Position numbers and translations under genes: made by a program
Part shown: one piece after another, positions 7,867-17,213 of the stretch
Position numbering within the stretch: position 1 is the stretch's first letter
Layout of the letters: each line of letters opens with the position of its first letter
Assembly (NCBI GenBank): GCA_003220985.1
Contig: QHTY01000150.1
Span: 1 to 43,550 of the forward strand
DNA length: 43,550 bases
From: Gemmatimonadota bacterium
GTDB taxonomy: Bacteria; Gemmatimonadota; Gemmatimonadetes; Gemmatimonadales; GWC2-71-9
Direction: 5' to 3'
Notes under the pieces: generated by a model
Database searches by the model: none
The model's input: only the letters and a program-made list of their open reading frames with translations
What the model was told of the DNA's origin: nothing

Positions 7867-8986
7867 CGACGGCGCGCGCGGCGGCGTCGGCCACGCGCCC
7901 GCGAACTTCCTTCAGCTTTGTGAATGAACCGCGAACTCTGGGATCGTACGCGCGATTGGTGAGCAGCAGAACAAAGAGGTCGCGGTCGGGATCGATCCAC
8001 AGCGACGTCCCGGTCCAGCCGGTGTGTCCAAAGCTGTGCGGGCCGAGCAGCGTGCCGGCACTCGAGATCTCTTCGCCAGTCGGCAGTGCTTCCCAACCCA
8101 GGGTGCGGGCACTTACTCCCCGACGCGCCGGCACGGCAATCAGCGTGAATTGGTGAACCGTTTCCTTTTTGAGCATCCGCGGTCGATCCGGAAGCGCGCC
8201 CTGGTTCAACATGAATTGGGCGAATCGCGCGAGCCCGCGTGCCGTTGCGAAGACGCCGGCGTTCCCCGAGACGCCGCCGAGCTTCCAGGCACTCGGGTCG
8301 TTGACGACGCCCGCAATCGGATGCCCGTGCCAAAGGTTCGTCGGAGCGATCCTCGGCTGCAGTCGCTTCGGCGGCCGGAACAGCATCTGCTGATCGAGGC
8401 CGAGCGGAGCGTAGATCGCGCGCGTGACGAATGCATCAAGGGTTTGACCACTCACGTTCCGAACGATCTCGCCTAGGAGAATGGCATTGAGATCGGAGTA
8501 GACCATGCGCGCTCCGGGCGCTGCCACCGGCACCGTCGTCATGACCATCCGCAACGCGGCCGCGCTATCGGGCGCCTCGCGCAGTGGGAGTGTCGCGCGC
8601 AGACCCGACGTGTGTGTCAGGAGATGCCGCACCGTGACGCCCGACGTACCGGGACCATTGAACGCGGGGAGGTAGTGCACGACCGGACAATCGAGGGCGA
8701 CTTTCCCCTGTTCGACCAGCAACATGAGCGCCGGCGTCGTTGCCACGACCTTCGTCAACGACGCAACATCCCAGAACGTGCTGTCGACACTCACCGCCGG
8801 ACTCGTCGCACTCCATGTCAGGCGGCCGTAGCCTTTCGCGAACAGGATCGTGTCGTGCCGCCCCACGATGAGCGCGGCGCCGGGGTAGACGCCGCCTCGG
8901 ATTCCGGCTTGCACGATAGGATCGAGGACCGAGTCGAGCGGTGAGAACTGCAGGACCAGCACCGCCAACAGCGTGGTTAGGCCCAA
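7850..8986 (-). CDS. serine hydrolase, beta-lactamase (class C / PBP-like) family
   Basis: 378 aa: FWDVASLTKVVAT (SxxK), LLTHTSGL, YSDLN, FGHTGWTGT (HTG box). Start is TTG 8986; an alternative GTG lies at 8962. Confidence 0.9.
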   Translation of the reverse strand: MGLTTLLAVLVLQFSPLDSVLDPIVQAGIRGGVYPGAALIVGRHDTILFAKGYGRLTWSATSPAVSVDSTFWDVASLTKVVATTPALMLLVEQGKVALDCPVVHYLPAFNGPGTSGVTVRHLLTHTSGLRATLPLREAPDSAAALRMVMTTVPVAAPGARMVYSDLNAILLGEIVRNVSGQTLDAFVTRAIYAPLGLDQQMLFRPPKRLQPRIAPTNLWHGHPIAGVVNDPSAWKLGGVSGNAGVFATARGLARFAQFMLNQGALPDRPRMLKKETVHQFTLIAVPARRGVSARTLGWEALPTGEEISSAGTLLGPHSFGHTGWTGTSLWIDPDRDLFVLLLTNRAYDPRVRGSFTKLKEVRGRVADAAARAVDALAH

Positions 8987-9993
8987 ATGCCCGGAATCCG
9001 CCGGCTGCAGGAGGGACAGCGCCCGTCAGGTCCGATGCGCTGCTGTTTGATGACGTATCCGTAGCGCTCGATCAGCAGGTCACCGCAATCGGGGCAATAC
9101 GTGTTCTCCCAGCGCCCCACGCGACCCGGCACATTCCCCGCGTACACGAATCGCAAGCCTGCGCGCGCGCCGATCTCACACGCGCGGAGCAGCGTCGCCA
9201 CGGGCGTGTTGTCGGGGTCGGTCATCTTATAGTCTTTGTGGAACGCGGTGACGTGCCACGGAATCTCCGGCCACACGGAGGCGATGAGCTCGGCGGCGGC
9301 TGTGAGCTGGGCGTCGTCGTCGTTGAAGCCGGGGACGATCAACGTCACGATCTCGAGCCAGAACCCGCGCTCGTGCACCAGCCGGATGGCCTCCACCACG
9401 TGCTCCAACACGCCACCCAGCTCGCGGTAGCGTTTGTCGCTCATCGCCTTGAGGTCAATCTTGTAGCAATCGGTCCAGGGCCGGATGTAATCGAGGACTT
9501 CAGGCGTCGCATTGCCATTGGAAATGAACGCCGTCTTCAGACCGGCGGGCCGCGCGACCTTGAACACATCGACCGCCCATTCCGCCGTGATGAGCGGCTC
9601 GTTGTAGGACGAGCCGACCATGCGGGCGCCTTGGCGCTGCGCCAGCGCGACCAGCGCGTCCGGCGTGACATCGGTCGGCATCACCCCAGCGGTCTGGTCG
9701 CGCAGCGCCTGCGACGTCAGCCAGTTCTGGCAGTAGCCGCAGTGGAAATCGCAGCCCAGCATCCCGAAGGTCAGCGTGTCACTGCCCGGAAGACAGTGGA
9801 AGAACGGTTTCTTCTCGGTCGGGTCGCACTGCAGCGCCGCGACATATCCGGCGGGCGTGTACAGCGTCCCTTCCTTATTGAAGCGAACCTTACAGATCCC
9901 GCGGCGGTCGGGCTTTACGAGGCAGCGATGTCCACAGGCGAAGCAGCGGACCGCCCCACCTTCCAGTTTTTCGATCAGCTCCGCTTCGCGCAC
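8977..9993 (-). CDS. amrS: AmmeMemoRadiSam system radical SAM enzyme (PFL-activase-like)
   Basis: 338 aa: VRCFACGHRCLVKPDRRGICKVRFN...GCDFHCGYCQNW (CxxxCxxC)...C-terminal CPDCGDLLIER...CPSC. GTG start at 9993. Confidence 0.82.
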   Translation of the reverse strand: MREAELIEKLEGGAVRCFACGHRCLVKPDRRGICKVRFNKEGTLYTPAGYVAALQCDPTEKKPFFHCLPGSDTLTFGMLGCDFHCGYCQNWLTSQALRDQTAGVMPTDVTPDALVALAQRQGARMVGSSYNEPLITAEWAVDVFKVARPAGLKTAFISNGNATPEVLDYIRPWTDCYKIDLKAMSDKRYRELGGVLEHVVEAIRLVHERGFWLEIVTLIVPGFNDDDAQLTAAAELIASVWPEIPWHVTAFHKDYKMTDPDNTPVATLLRACEIGARAGLRFVYAGNVPGRVGRWENTYCPDCGDLLIERYGYVIKQQRIGPDGRCPSCSRRIPGIWA

Positions 9994-10067
9994 GCGGGTG
10001 TCCAGGGCCTGCGCTAGCGAGGCAGGTGGAGGAGCGTGACTCAGGAACGACGTGATCTGGCGTGGAC

Positions 10068-10904
10068 TCAGCGCAAGCTCCCTGGCGTCAGCTGATATAA
10101 GAACAGCACCGTGCGGACATCGCGATCGGACAGATCGCGAACCTTGGCGGTGGGAAACATGATGTCCGTCGAGTCTTTGGAATGATCGAGCCCGAGCAGG
10201 TGGCCCACTTCGTGCGTCGCCACCACGCGGATGTCTTCCGGCTCCATCGGCCGGCCCTTGGGATCGAACGTCGCGAGCGTGATGACGGCGCCCTGGATGT
10301 GGCCGTTGTCGTCCCAGGTGACGTCGGTCTGCCCCGTACGCTCGATTTCAAACTGGATCCGCCACTTCACGGTGACTTCGGCATTCGATGAATCGGCATT
10401 GAAGTCGAACCGGACGGGGACGCCCGCGCTGGTCCACTGTTCGAACGCCTGCTTGATCGCCTCGACGAACGTCGGCTGGAAATTCGCGGCGTGCGGCGGC
10501 GCGAACCACACCCGAATCGGGGAGGTCTGCCGATTGTCCCACCGGCGCAGCATCGAATCGCCGCTCGCCTCCAGCATCTCCCCGATGTACGTGGTCGAGC
10601 CGCTCGACCGGATCCGGCGCCGCGTTTCCGACCGGGCCATGAGCTCCATATAGGAAGGCTCGCGCCCGTTCGGGCCGGCGGGCACCGCCGTCCCCTGCGA
10701 CGTGGTCGTGGGCGTCGCCCCTTGGGCTGGGGAGGTGGCCTGGGGCGGCGGCGCCGGGATCGGAGGAGGCTCGGCGATCCGCATCGGCCCATCGGCCGCG
10801 GCATCCACGGGGCGGCGCGTGGGTCGAACCGCGTCCCAGAAGATGAAGAGGACGATGAGCACCGCCGCGGCGGCGATCATTCCCGTGAGCCTGCGTTCCA
10901 CCAT
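10068..10904 (-). CDS. membrane-anchored matrixin (M10) family zinc metalloprotease
   Basis: N-terminal TM (MIAAAAVLIVLFIFW), a Pro/Thr-rich linker, and the zinc motif HEVGHLLGLDH followed by IMFP (Met-turn). Confidence 0.85.
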   Translation of the reverse strand: MVERRLTGMIAAAAVLIVLFIFWDAVRPTRRPVDAAADGPMRIAEPPPIPAPPPQATSPAQGATPTTTSQGTAVPAGPNGREPSYMELMARSETRRRIRSSGSTTYIGEMLEASGDSMLRRWDNRQTSPIRVWFAPPHAANFQPTFVEAIKQAFEQWTSAGVPVRFDFNADSSNAEVTVKWRIQFEIERTGQTDVTWDDNGHIQGAVITLATFDPKGRPMEPEDIRVVATHEVGHLLGLDHSKDSTDIMFPTAKVRDLSDRDVRTVLFLYQLTPGSLR

Positions 10905-10994
10905 GCGCGCAATATGTGGAGATTCGCGGTCGCGCCGCTAGCATTGCACTTCGCACGTCCCTATGATTGTGGCCCGCATGTGCTTGGATCATAG

Positions 10995-13274
10995 GTGATC
11001 GCATTACCCGCGCGGCAGCTCGTGCGCTGGCGCGTCTGGGTCATCGCCGCGTGGGCGGTCCTCGCGCTCCTGTTCGTGCCCAAGGCCACCCACGTGCAAC
11101 GCGTGTTGGCGGTGCGCGGCATGAATGTCGAGCAAACCGAGTCCGCTCGCGCCGCGCAACTCATCCGAGAGGCCTTTCCCAATCCGATCGCGGACTACGT
11201 GGCCGTCGTGGTGCACGGGCCGGTGCGTTACACCAACCCCCGTTTTGTCGCGGTCCTCGACTCGCTCTCGGCTGCGCTCGGTCGCCAGTCGTACATCAGC
11301 CAGGTGATCTCCGTCCGCACCATCGGCGAATCCACGTTCGTCAGCCCCGATCGCCACACCACCTTTCTCATCGCGGCGCTGACGCCCGCGAGCACCAACG
11401 ACGTGAGCCGCACCGTGGTGCCCGATCTCCGCGAGACGGTCAGCAGCACGCTGCAGCGGCTGCCGCGCGCGGACGGGTTCGACGTCAAGATCACCGGCAA
11501 TCCGGCGCTCGATTACGACGTGCGCACGATCAGCGCGGAGGATACCCGGGCCGCCGAGGAACACGCGCTGCCGTTGACGCTCGCGGTGCTGGTGCTCGCC
11601 TTCGGCGCACTCGTCGCGGCGACGCTGCCCATCATCGTTGGTGTGCTCGCGATTACGATCGCGCTCGGCATTGTCGCCGTCGCGGCGCAGTTCCAGACGA
11701 TGTCGGTCTTCGTGCTGAACATCACCACGATGGTGGGGCTGGGCGTCGGCATCGATTACTCGCTGCTCATCGTCACGCGGTTTCGTGAGGAGCTGAATCG
11801 CGGGTTGTCCCCGATCGATGCCGCGGTGCGCACGATCCAGACGGCGGGCTCGGCCGTCGTGACGTCGGGACTCACGGTCGTGGTCGGATTCGCCGCCCTG
11901 ATCCTGACGCCGCTCACCGAGACCCGGTCGGTGGGCGTCGGGGGGCTGATCGTCGTCGCGGTGGCGGTACTGCTCGCGACGACGTTTTTGCCTGCGGCCC
12001 TCGCGATCCTGGGACGCGACATCGACCGGCCGAAGTGGCTTGCGCGCGCGCTCGCCTGGATTCACACCCCGCAAGGCTGGGAGCGGTGGGCGCGCTCGCT
12101 CGGTCACCACCCCTGGCGCGCCATCCTCGGCGGCGGCCTCGTGGCGGCCCTCCTGACGTTTCCGCTCACGCAGATCAGAATCGGACTCCCGGTCCGCAAC
12201 TGGTTCCCACCTGATGCAGAGTCGGGACAGGGGCTCGCCGCGTTGCGCGACATGGGCGCGAGCGGCGTCATCCAGCCGTTGCGGGTCGTCGTGCAGCTGC
12301 CCGCGCGCGAGTCCGCCCTCTCCGGTCGCCGGTTGCCGGGGCTCAAGGCACTCAGCGACTCGATCTCACGCGATCCGCGCGTCCGCGAAGTCCGCGGCGT
12401 GGCGACGCTGCGGCCCGGTCTCTCGACGCTGCAGCTCGCGATGTTCTACAGCGACGCCGACGCGATCCGCGTTCGGTACCCGGAGTTTTTCAACGCCTAT
12501 CTCAGCACGGACCGCCGCACGACGCTCATGGACGTCATCGCCGCCGACTCGGTCTCCCTGACCGGCATGATGGATCTCGCGCGCCATGTGCGCCGCACGA
12601 TCGCGCGCAGCACCCGGCTGCGCGGCGCGGAGGTGGTGGTGGGCGGGTTTGCGGCCTCCAGCCTCGATCTGCAGGAGAATCTGCTCAGCCGCTTTCCGGG
12701 CATCGTCGCGATGATCCTCGGCGTCACCGCGATCATGCTCTTGATCGCGTTCCGGTCGGTCCTCGTGCCGCTCAAAGCGGTCGTGCTCAATTGTGTTTCG
12801 GTGGGCGCCGCGTTCGGCGTGACGGTCCTCGTCTTTCAGCACGGCTATGGCGCCGGCCTGTTCGGCCTCGACGGGCCGACGGAAGCCATCTTCGTCGTCG
12901 TCCCGGTTCTGGTATTCGCGACGGTCTTCGGGTTGTCGATGGATTACGAGGTGTTTCTGCTGACCCGCGTGAAGGAGGTCTTCGACAAGACCGGTCGCAA
13001 CGATCACGCGACCATGGAAGGCCTGTCGACCACGGCGTCCACAATTACCTTCGCCGCACTGATCATGATCATCGTGTTCGGGAATTTCGCGTTCACACGC
13101 GTGCTCGCCGTGCAGTTCATCGGCTTCGGACTGGCCCTTGCCGTGCTCCTCGACGCGACCTTGATCCGCATGGTGCTGGTGCCGGCGATCATGCACATCG
13201 CGGGGCGGTGGAATTGGTGGCCCGGCGTGCGGGCCCCCCGGCGGGAGGGAAGCGACGTGGAAGAGGTCACGTAG
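10995..13274 (+). CDS. MMPL family (RND superfamily) transporter
   Basis: 759 aa with two repeated 6-TM halves: LPIIVGVLAITIALGIV...GLGVGIDYSLLIVTRFREEL and ...VFGLSMDYEVFLLTRVKEVF. GTG start at 10995. Confidence 0.9.
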   Translation: MIALPARQLVRWRVWVIAAWAVLALLFVPKATHVQRVLAVRGMNVEQTESARAAQLIREAFPNPIADYVAVVVHGPVRYTNPRFVAVLDSLSAALGRQSYISQVISVRTIGESTFVSPDRHTTFLIAALTPASTNDVSRTVVPDLRETVSSTLQRLPRADGFDVKITGNPALDYDVRTISAEDTRAAEEHALPLTLAVLVLAFGALVAATLPIIVGVLAITIALGIVAVAAQFQTMSVFVLNITTMVGLGVGIDYSLLIVTRFREELNRGLSPIDAAVRTIQTAGSAVVTSGLTVVVGFAALILTPLTETRSVGVGGLIVVAVAVLLATTFLPAALAILGRDIDRPKWLARALAWIHTPQGWERWARSLGHHPWRAILGGGLVAALLTFPLTQIRIGLPVRNWFPPDAESGQGLAALRDMGASGVIQPLRVVVQLPARESALSGRRLPGLKALSDSISRDPRVREVRGVATLRPGLSTLQLAMFYSDADAIRVRYPEFFNAYLSTDRRTTLMDVIAADSVSLTGMMDLARHVRRTIARSTRLRGAEVVVGGFAASSLDLQENLLSRFPGIVAMILGVTAIMLLIAFRSVLVPLKAVVLNCVSVGAAFGVTVLVFQHGYGAGLFGLDGPTEAIFVVVPVLVFATVFGLSMDYEVFLLTRVKEVFDKTGRNDHATMEGLSTTASTITFAALIMIIVFGNFAFTRVLAVQFIGFGLALAVLLDATLIRMVLVPAIMHIAGRWNWWPGVRAPRREGSDVEEVT

Positions 13275-13503
13275 AATCCAGCAGCCGGAGCTTTTCCCCC
13301 CAGACATCCCAGTGCCACGCCGGCACACGCACTCCGGTGTCGGGATCTTTGAGGGGTTTGTATTGCAGCCAGCGCGCCTGAAATCCCAGCTCGCGGCCCA
13401 GCGCCAGCAGCCGTTCCTTATCGGAGCTCACCAGGTGGACCATCGGCTCATCGTCGATCTTGTGCCGGTGAAGCCAAACGCCGCCGCTCAGGGCGAAACG
13501 CAT
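13267..13503 (-). CDS. DUF4031 domain protein
   Basis: 78 aa from ATG 13503: GGVWLHRHKIDDEPMVHLVSSDKERLLALGRELGFQARWLQ...HWDVW. It fits the VW..H...W.HLVSD..eL..fA..lG..r.fq pattern. The longer track ORF (to 13653) would overlap the pilin gene. Confidence 0.65.
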   Translation of the reverse strand: MRFALSGGVWLHRHKIDDEPMVHLVSSDKERLLALGRELGFQARWLQYKPLKDPDTGVRVPAWHWDVWGEKLRLLDST

Positions 13504-13541
13504 CCCCTCGCGGCGGCGTTCGAACTCTCGATAGGGCGGCT

Positions 13542-13919
13542 CTAGGTGCAGGTGATTCGCCCCTCCACCGTCGCCGGCGCGACGGGCGTCGCGGTTCCTT
13601 GAAACAGGCTGCACTGACGCGTGGTCTGCGCATGGACCGCCTGCGCCGACCAACCGCCCGGCGTCGCCTGGACCACCGTCAGCGTCACACCGGTCGATGA
13701 GCGGAAATTATTGAGCGCCGCCAGGCTCGTCGTATAGAAGGCGCTGTCGTAGAAAAAGCCCTCTTCCGCCGTCGCCAGGTTCTTCAGGTCCGACTTCATC
13801 TGGGCGACGTACGCCTTCTGCTTCGTGTTGGCGAGTTTCGGGATCGCGATCGACGCGAGCAATCCGATGATCACCACCACGATGAGCAGCTCGATCAGCG
13901 TGAAACCGCGTGCCTTCAC
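13542..13919 (-). CDS. type IV pilin-like protein (prepilin-type N-terminal cleavage/methylation domain)
   Basis: A GTG at 13919 is preceded by GGAGGG 7 nt upstream. VKARG|FTLIELLIVVVIIGLLASIAIPK is the classic class III signal. A C-terminal Cys pair is present (RQC...ITC). No other pilus genes are nearby. Confidence 0.85.
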   Translation of the reverse strand: MKARGFTLIELLIVVVIIGLLASIAIPKLANTKQKAYVAQMKSDLKNLATAEEGFFYDSAFYTTSLAALNNFRSSTGVTLTVVQATPGGWSAQAVHAQTTRQCSLFQGTATPVAPATVEGRITCT

Positions 13920-14015
13920 TGCGTTACCCTCCGGCGCCAAAGGGCGCCGATCCCGAAAACCCGGAATCGACACCCCTATTGTGGGCACCGCCGGCCGATC
14001 CTGCAAGAGGCGTGC

Positions 14016-16850
14016 TTAACCCTTCGCGTCGATCCAATTCTTTCCAGCACCGACACTTACGACGAGTGGCACGCGTAAACTGGCCACCCCCTCCATCTCG
14101 CGTTTTACAAGGGCTCCGGCAACCAACCGTTCACCTTCCGGGATCTCAAAGACAAGCTCGTCATGCACTTGCAGCACCATCTTCGACCGGAGCTGCGCTT
14201 GCTGAAGCGCCGCGTGGATGCGGATCATCGCGATCTTGATCAGATCGGCGGCCGAGCCCTGCAGCGGTGAATTGGTCGCGGTCCGTTCGCCGAAGGCGCG
14301 GATGCTGAAGTTTCTGTCCCGGAGCTCGGGGATGTAGCGTCGCCGGCCAAACAGCGTTTCGACGAACCCGCGCTGGCGGGCGTCATCGATCGTCCGATCG
14401 AGCCATGCACGCACGCCGGCGAAGCGCTCGAAGTATTGCTTGATGAACGACTTGGCTTCCTCGAGGGTGATCCCTAGCTGGCGGGACAGCGCCAGCGCTC
14501 CCTGGCCGTAGATCGTCGCGAAGTTGATCGTCTTCGCGCGCGCGCGCATCTCGCCGGTCACGCTCGCTTCGGGAACGCCGAAGATCACGGCGGCCGTCTG
14601 CCGGTGGATATCACCCCCGCGCTGGAATGCCGAGACGAACGCGGGATCTTCCGAGAGATGCGCCAGCAGTCGCAACTCGACCTGGGAATAATCGGCCGTG
14701 AGCAGCAGGTGACCGGGCGGTGCGACGAACGCGCGCCGAATCTCGCCGCCGCGGCGTGTGCGGACGGGGATGTTTTGCAGATTGGGATCTGACGACGAGA
14801 GCCGGCCGGTCGCCGCCCCGGTCTGATTGAAGCTCGTATGGACCCGACCGTCGGGGCCGATGTAGCCAGGCAACGCATCCACATAGGTGGATTTCAGCTT
14901 CGTCAGCTCGCGATACTCGATGAGCAGCCGGGGGACGTCATGGCCGAGGGCGGCCAACTGCTCGAGGACCTCGACGTCGGTGGATGCTCCGGTCTTGGTG
15001 CGCTTCTGGACCGGCAGCTTCAGCCGCTCGAACAGCACCGTCCGCAGCTGGGGGGTCGAGTTGATGTTGAACTCGCCTCCCGCGGCGCGGTAGATGTCGA
15101 GCTCGAGCTGGATCAACTCCTTGTTGAAGCCGCGCGACATCTCGCCCAACAGTGCGCGATCCACAACAATGCCCGTGGCCTCCATATCCACGAGGACGGG
15201 AATGAGCGGAATCTCGATCTCGTCGAGCAGCCGCTTGAGGTGATGCGATTCGATATCGGACCGAAATGCCTCTTCGAGTCGCAGCACCATCTCGGCCTGT
15301 GCCGCCGACACCCGCGCCGCTTCCGCGGGCGGGACCTGGGTATACGTTCGCTCCATTCCCCCCTTCCCTTTTCCCAACAGCGACACCGTCGTGGGCAGCT
15401 CGACGGACAGATGCTCGCGCGCGAGATCGTTGATGGCGTGCGAACGATTGCCGGGATCCAGGACGAAGCTCGCCACCATCGAGTCGTAGGCGACGCCCGC
15501 GAGCGAGATGCCGGCGCGCGCGAACGCCACCCAGGCCGCCTTGATGTCGTGTCCCGCCTTGCGCACCGTCGGGTCGACGAGCAGCGCGCGGACCGGCGCG
15601 AGCGCCTCGCTCGCGAGCGACGGCAAGTTGCGCGGCGGCGTGGCGTCGAACTCTCCGTCGCGCGCCTGATGTCCGAAAGGGAGATACCAGGAGCGCCCGG
15701 GTGCGACAGCGAACGAGATGCCGGCGAGCTCCGGCTCGGTCTGCAGGGCGACCAGCGGCGCACGGCGCAGCTCCTGAATCAGCGCGGGGAGACCTGCCGG
15801 ATCGTCGACAATCGCAGGATCCGCGAGCAGCGGCGCTCGCAGTGCCGGAGCCGGTGCCGGCGCCCCGCCGGGTTCGTCCGCGGCAGCCGGTGCGACTCCC
15901 CCCTCTACCACCACGGACGCGAGGTCCGCGAGTTTTGGGATCAGCGTGCGGAATTCGAGCTCGGTGAAGAGCGTCGCGAGTGTCTCAGTATCCGGTGTGC
16001 GCACGCGGAGCTGCTCGAGATCGAGCTCGACCGGCACGTCGCGACGCAGTGTCACGAGCTGGCGCGAGAGCCGCGCCTTGTCCCCCTGCTGCAGTAACGC
16101 TTCGCGCGGCCGCTTCCCCGTGATGTCGGCCGCGCGCGCCAGGATCGTGTCGAGATCGCCGTAGGCCTCGAGCAGCTGTACCGCCGTCTTGTCGCCGATC
16201 CCCTTGACGCCCGGAATGTTGTCGGAGCTGTCGCCGACCAGGGCGAGATAATCCACGACCCGCGCCGGGGAGACACCGAGCCGCTCGCTGGCATTGGACT
16301 GATCGACCCACTGCTCTTCGACCGCCGCCTGTCCGCCGCGCCCAGGATTCAGGAGCGCGATACCCGGGCCGATCAGCTGATAAAAATCCTTGTCGCCCGA
16401 GACGATCACGGCCTGGAGGTCGCGCTGCGCCGCCCGATCGGCGAGCGTCGCGACGACGTCGTCGGCCTCATAACCGTCGATCGCGATGACGGGAATATGA
16501 AACGCATCGAGAATCTGGCAGACGCGCTCCAGCGAGCGGTCGAAATCCTGTTGCAGCTCTTCCCCGAGCTTTTCGCGAGTCGCCTTGTACTCGGGGTACT
16601 GTTCCTGCCGGAACGACACCCCGCGATCGTGCACCCACCCGATGTATTCGGGATGGTAGTTCTCGTAGAGTCGCAAGAGGAAATTCGTGATGCCCCAGAC
16701 CGCGGACGTGTTCTCACCGCTCTTGGTGGTGAGGGGCCGCGCGATCATTGCGAAGAACGCGCGGTAAATGAGCGCATAGCCATCCACGAGGAAGACGTTC
16801 TTCTTGCCGGCGGAGGTGGCGGGGATCGGCGGCGCGGGGCGCGGCGGCAT
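14016..16850 (-). CDS. polA: DNA polymerase I
   Basis: 944 aa with the 5'-nuclease domain (VFLVDGYALIYRAFFA, GDSSDNIPGVKGIGDKTA) and polymerase motif A DYSQVELRLLAH, motif B RARAKTINFATIYG and motif C LQVHDELVFE. Confidence 0.97.
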   Translation of the reverse strand: MPPRPAPPIPATSAGKKNVFLVDGYALIYRAFFAMIARPLTTKSGENTSAVWGITNFLLRLYENYHPEYIGWVHDRGVSFRQEQYPEYKATREKLGEELQQDFDRSLERVCQILDAFHIPVIAIDGYEADDVVATLADRAAQRDLQAVIVSGDKDFYQLIGPGIALLNPGRGGQAAVEEQWVDQSNASERLGVSPARVVDYLALVGDSSDNIPGVKGIGDKTAVQLLEAYGDLDTILARAADITGKRPREALLQQGDKARLSRQLVTLRRDVPVELDLEQLRVRTPDTETLATLFTELEFRTLIPKLADLASVVVEGGVAPAAADEPGGAPAPAPALRAPLLADPAIVDDPAGLPALIQELRRAPLVALQTEPELAGISFAVAPGRSWYLPFGHQARDGEFDATPPRNLPSLASEALAPVRALLVDPTVRKAGHDIKAAWVAFARAGISLAGVAYDSMVASFVLDPGNRSHAINDLAREHLSVELPTTVSLLGKGKGGMERTYTQVPPAEAARVSAAQAEMVLRLEEAFRSDIESHHLKRLLDEIEIPLIPVLVDMEATGIVVDRALLGEMSRGFNKELIQLELDIYRAAGGEFNINSTPQLRTVLFERLKLPVQKRTKTGASTDVEVLEQLAALGHDVPRLLIEYRELTKLKSTYVDALPGYIGPDGRVHTSFNQTGAATGRLSSSDPNLQNIPVRTRRGGEIRRAFVAPPGHLLLTADYSQVELRLLAHLSEDPAFVSAFQRGGDIHRQTAAVIFGVPEASVTGEMRARAKTINFATIYGQGALALSRQLGITLEEAKSFIKQYFERFAGVRAWLDRTIDDARQRGFVETLFGRRRYIPELRDRNFSIRAFGERTATNSPLQGSAADLIKIAMIRIHAALQQAQLRSKMVLQVHDELVFEIPEGERLVAGALVKREMEGVASLRVPLVVSVGAGKNWIDAKG

Positions 16851-16870
16851 AGGCCGAAAACTAGCAGCGC

Positions 16871-16904
16871 AAACAACAACCCCGCCCGATACGGCCGGGC
16901 GGGG
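16871..16904 (-). terminator. Rho-independent terminator downstream of the cold-shock gene
   Basis: Perfect 9-bp GC stem CCCCGCCCG (16880-16888) / CGGGCGGGG (16896-16904). On the minus strand it is followed by TTGTTGTTT. Confidence 0.6.
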
Positions 16905-16927
16905 TGGTGCTCGGTGAAGGTGTGGCG

Positions 16928-17128
16928 TTAAACGCGCACGACGTTCGTGGCGTGGAGCCCTTTGTCCCCCTGCTTCACCTCGAACTCCACGACCTGGCCC
17001 TCGGCGAGCGTCTTGAAGCCATCCATCTGAATCGCCGAGAAATGCACGAACACGTCTTCGCCACCTTCCTGCTCAATGAAGCCATACCCCTTGGCGTCAT
17101 TGAACCACTTCACCTTTCCCTTGATCAC
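16928..17128 (-). CDS. cold-shock protein (CspA family)
   Basis: [34 protein letters not shown] (RNP1/RNP2 motifs). GTG start with AGGAGG 6 nt upstream. Confidence 0.95.
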   Translation of the reverse strand: MIKGKVKWFNDAKGYGFIEQEGGEDVFVHFSAIQMDGFKTLAEGQVVEFEVKQGDKGLHATNVVRV

Positions 17129-17213
17129 GATCCGCCTCCTGCAGAGTCTGTTCCCCAGCCCAACGTGGACGCTAGAAAAGACCCGCCACCCGGAAAGCTG
17201 TCAAGCGGGTTTT

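Noticed and set aside
8941-10017. Long ORFs antisense to or out of frame with recognised genes. Examples: 8941..10017(+), 11004..12110(-), 12366..13328(-), 14838..16097(+), 18117..19481(+), 19244..20689(+), 19626..20771(-), 22149..23153(-), 25821..26585(-), 31220..32122(-), 32226..33227(-), 37042..38616(+), 41185..41949(+).
   Set aside because: They are typical high-GC shadow ORFs. Their translations are Arg/Gly/Pro/His-rich with no motifs, and each is fully covered by a gene with clear family signatures on the other strand or frame.
17181-17210. ACCCGC...GCGGGT stem after the slt stop as a terminator, and the TTGACA in its loop as the csp promoter -35
   Set aside because: The stem is only 6 bp with an 18-nt loop. 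The best -10 at the right spacing is TCTTTT, which lacks the conserved A. Both are too weak to call.
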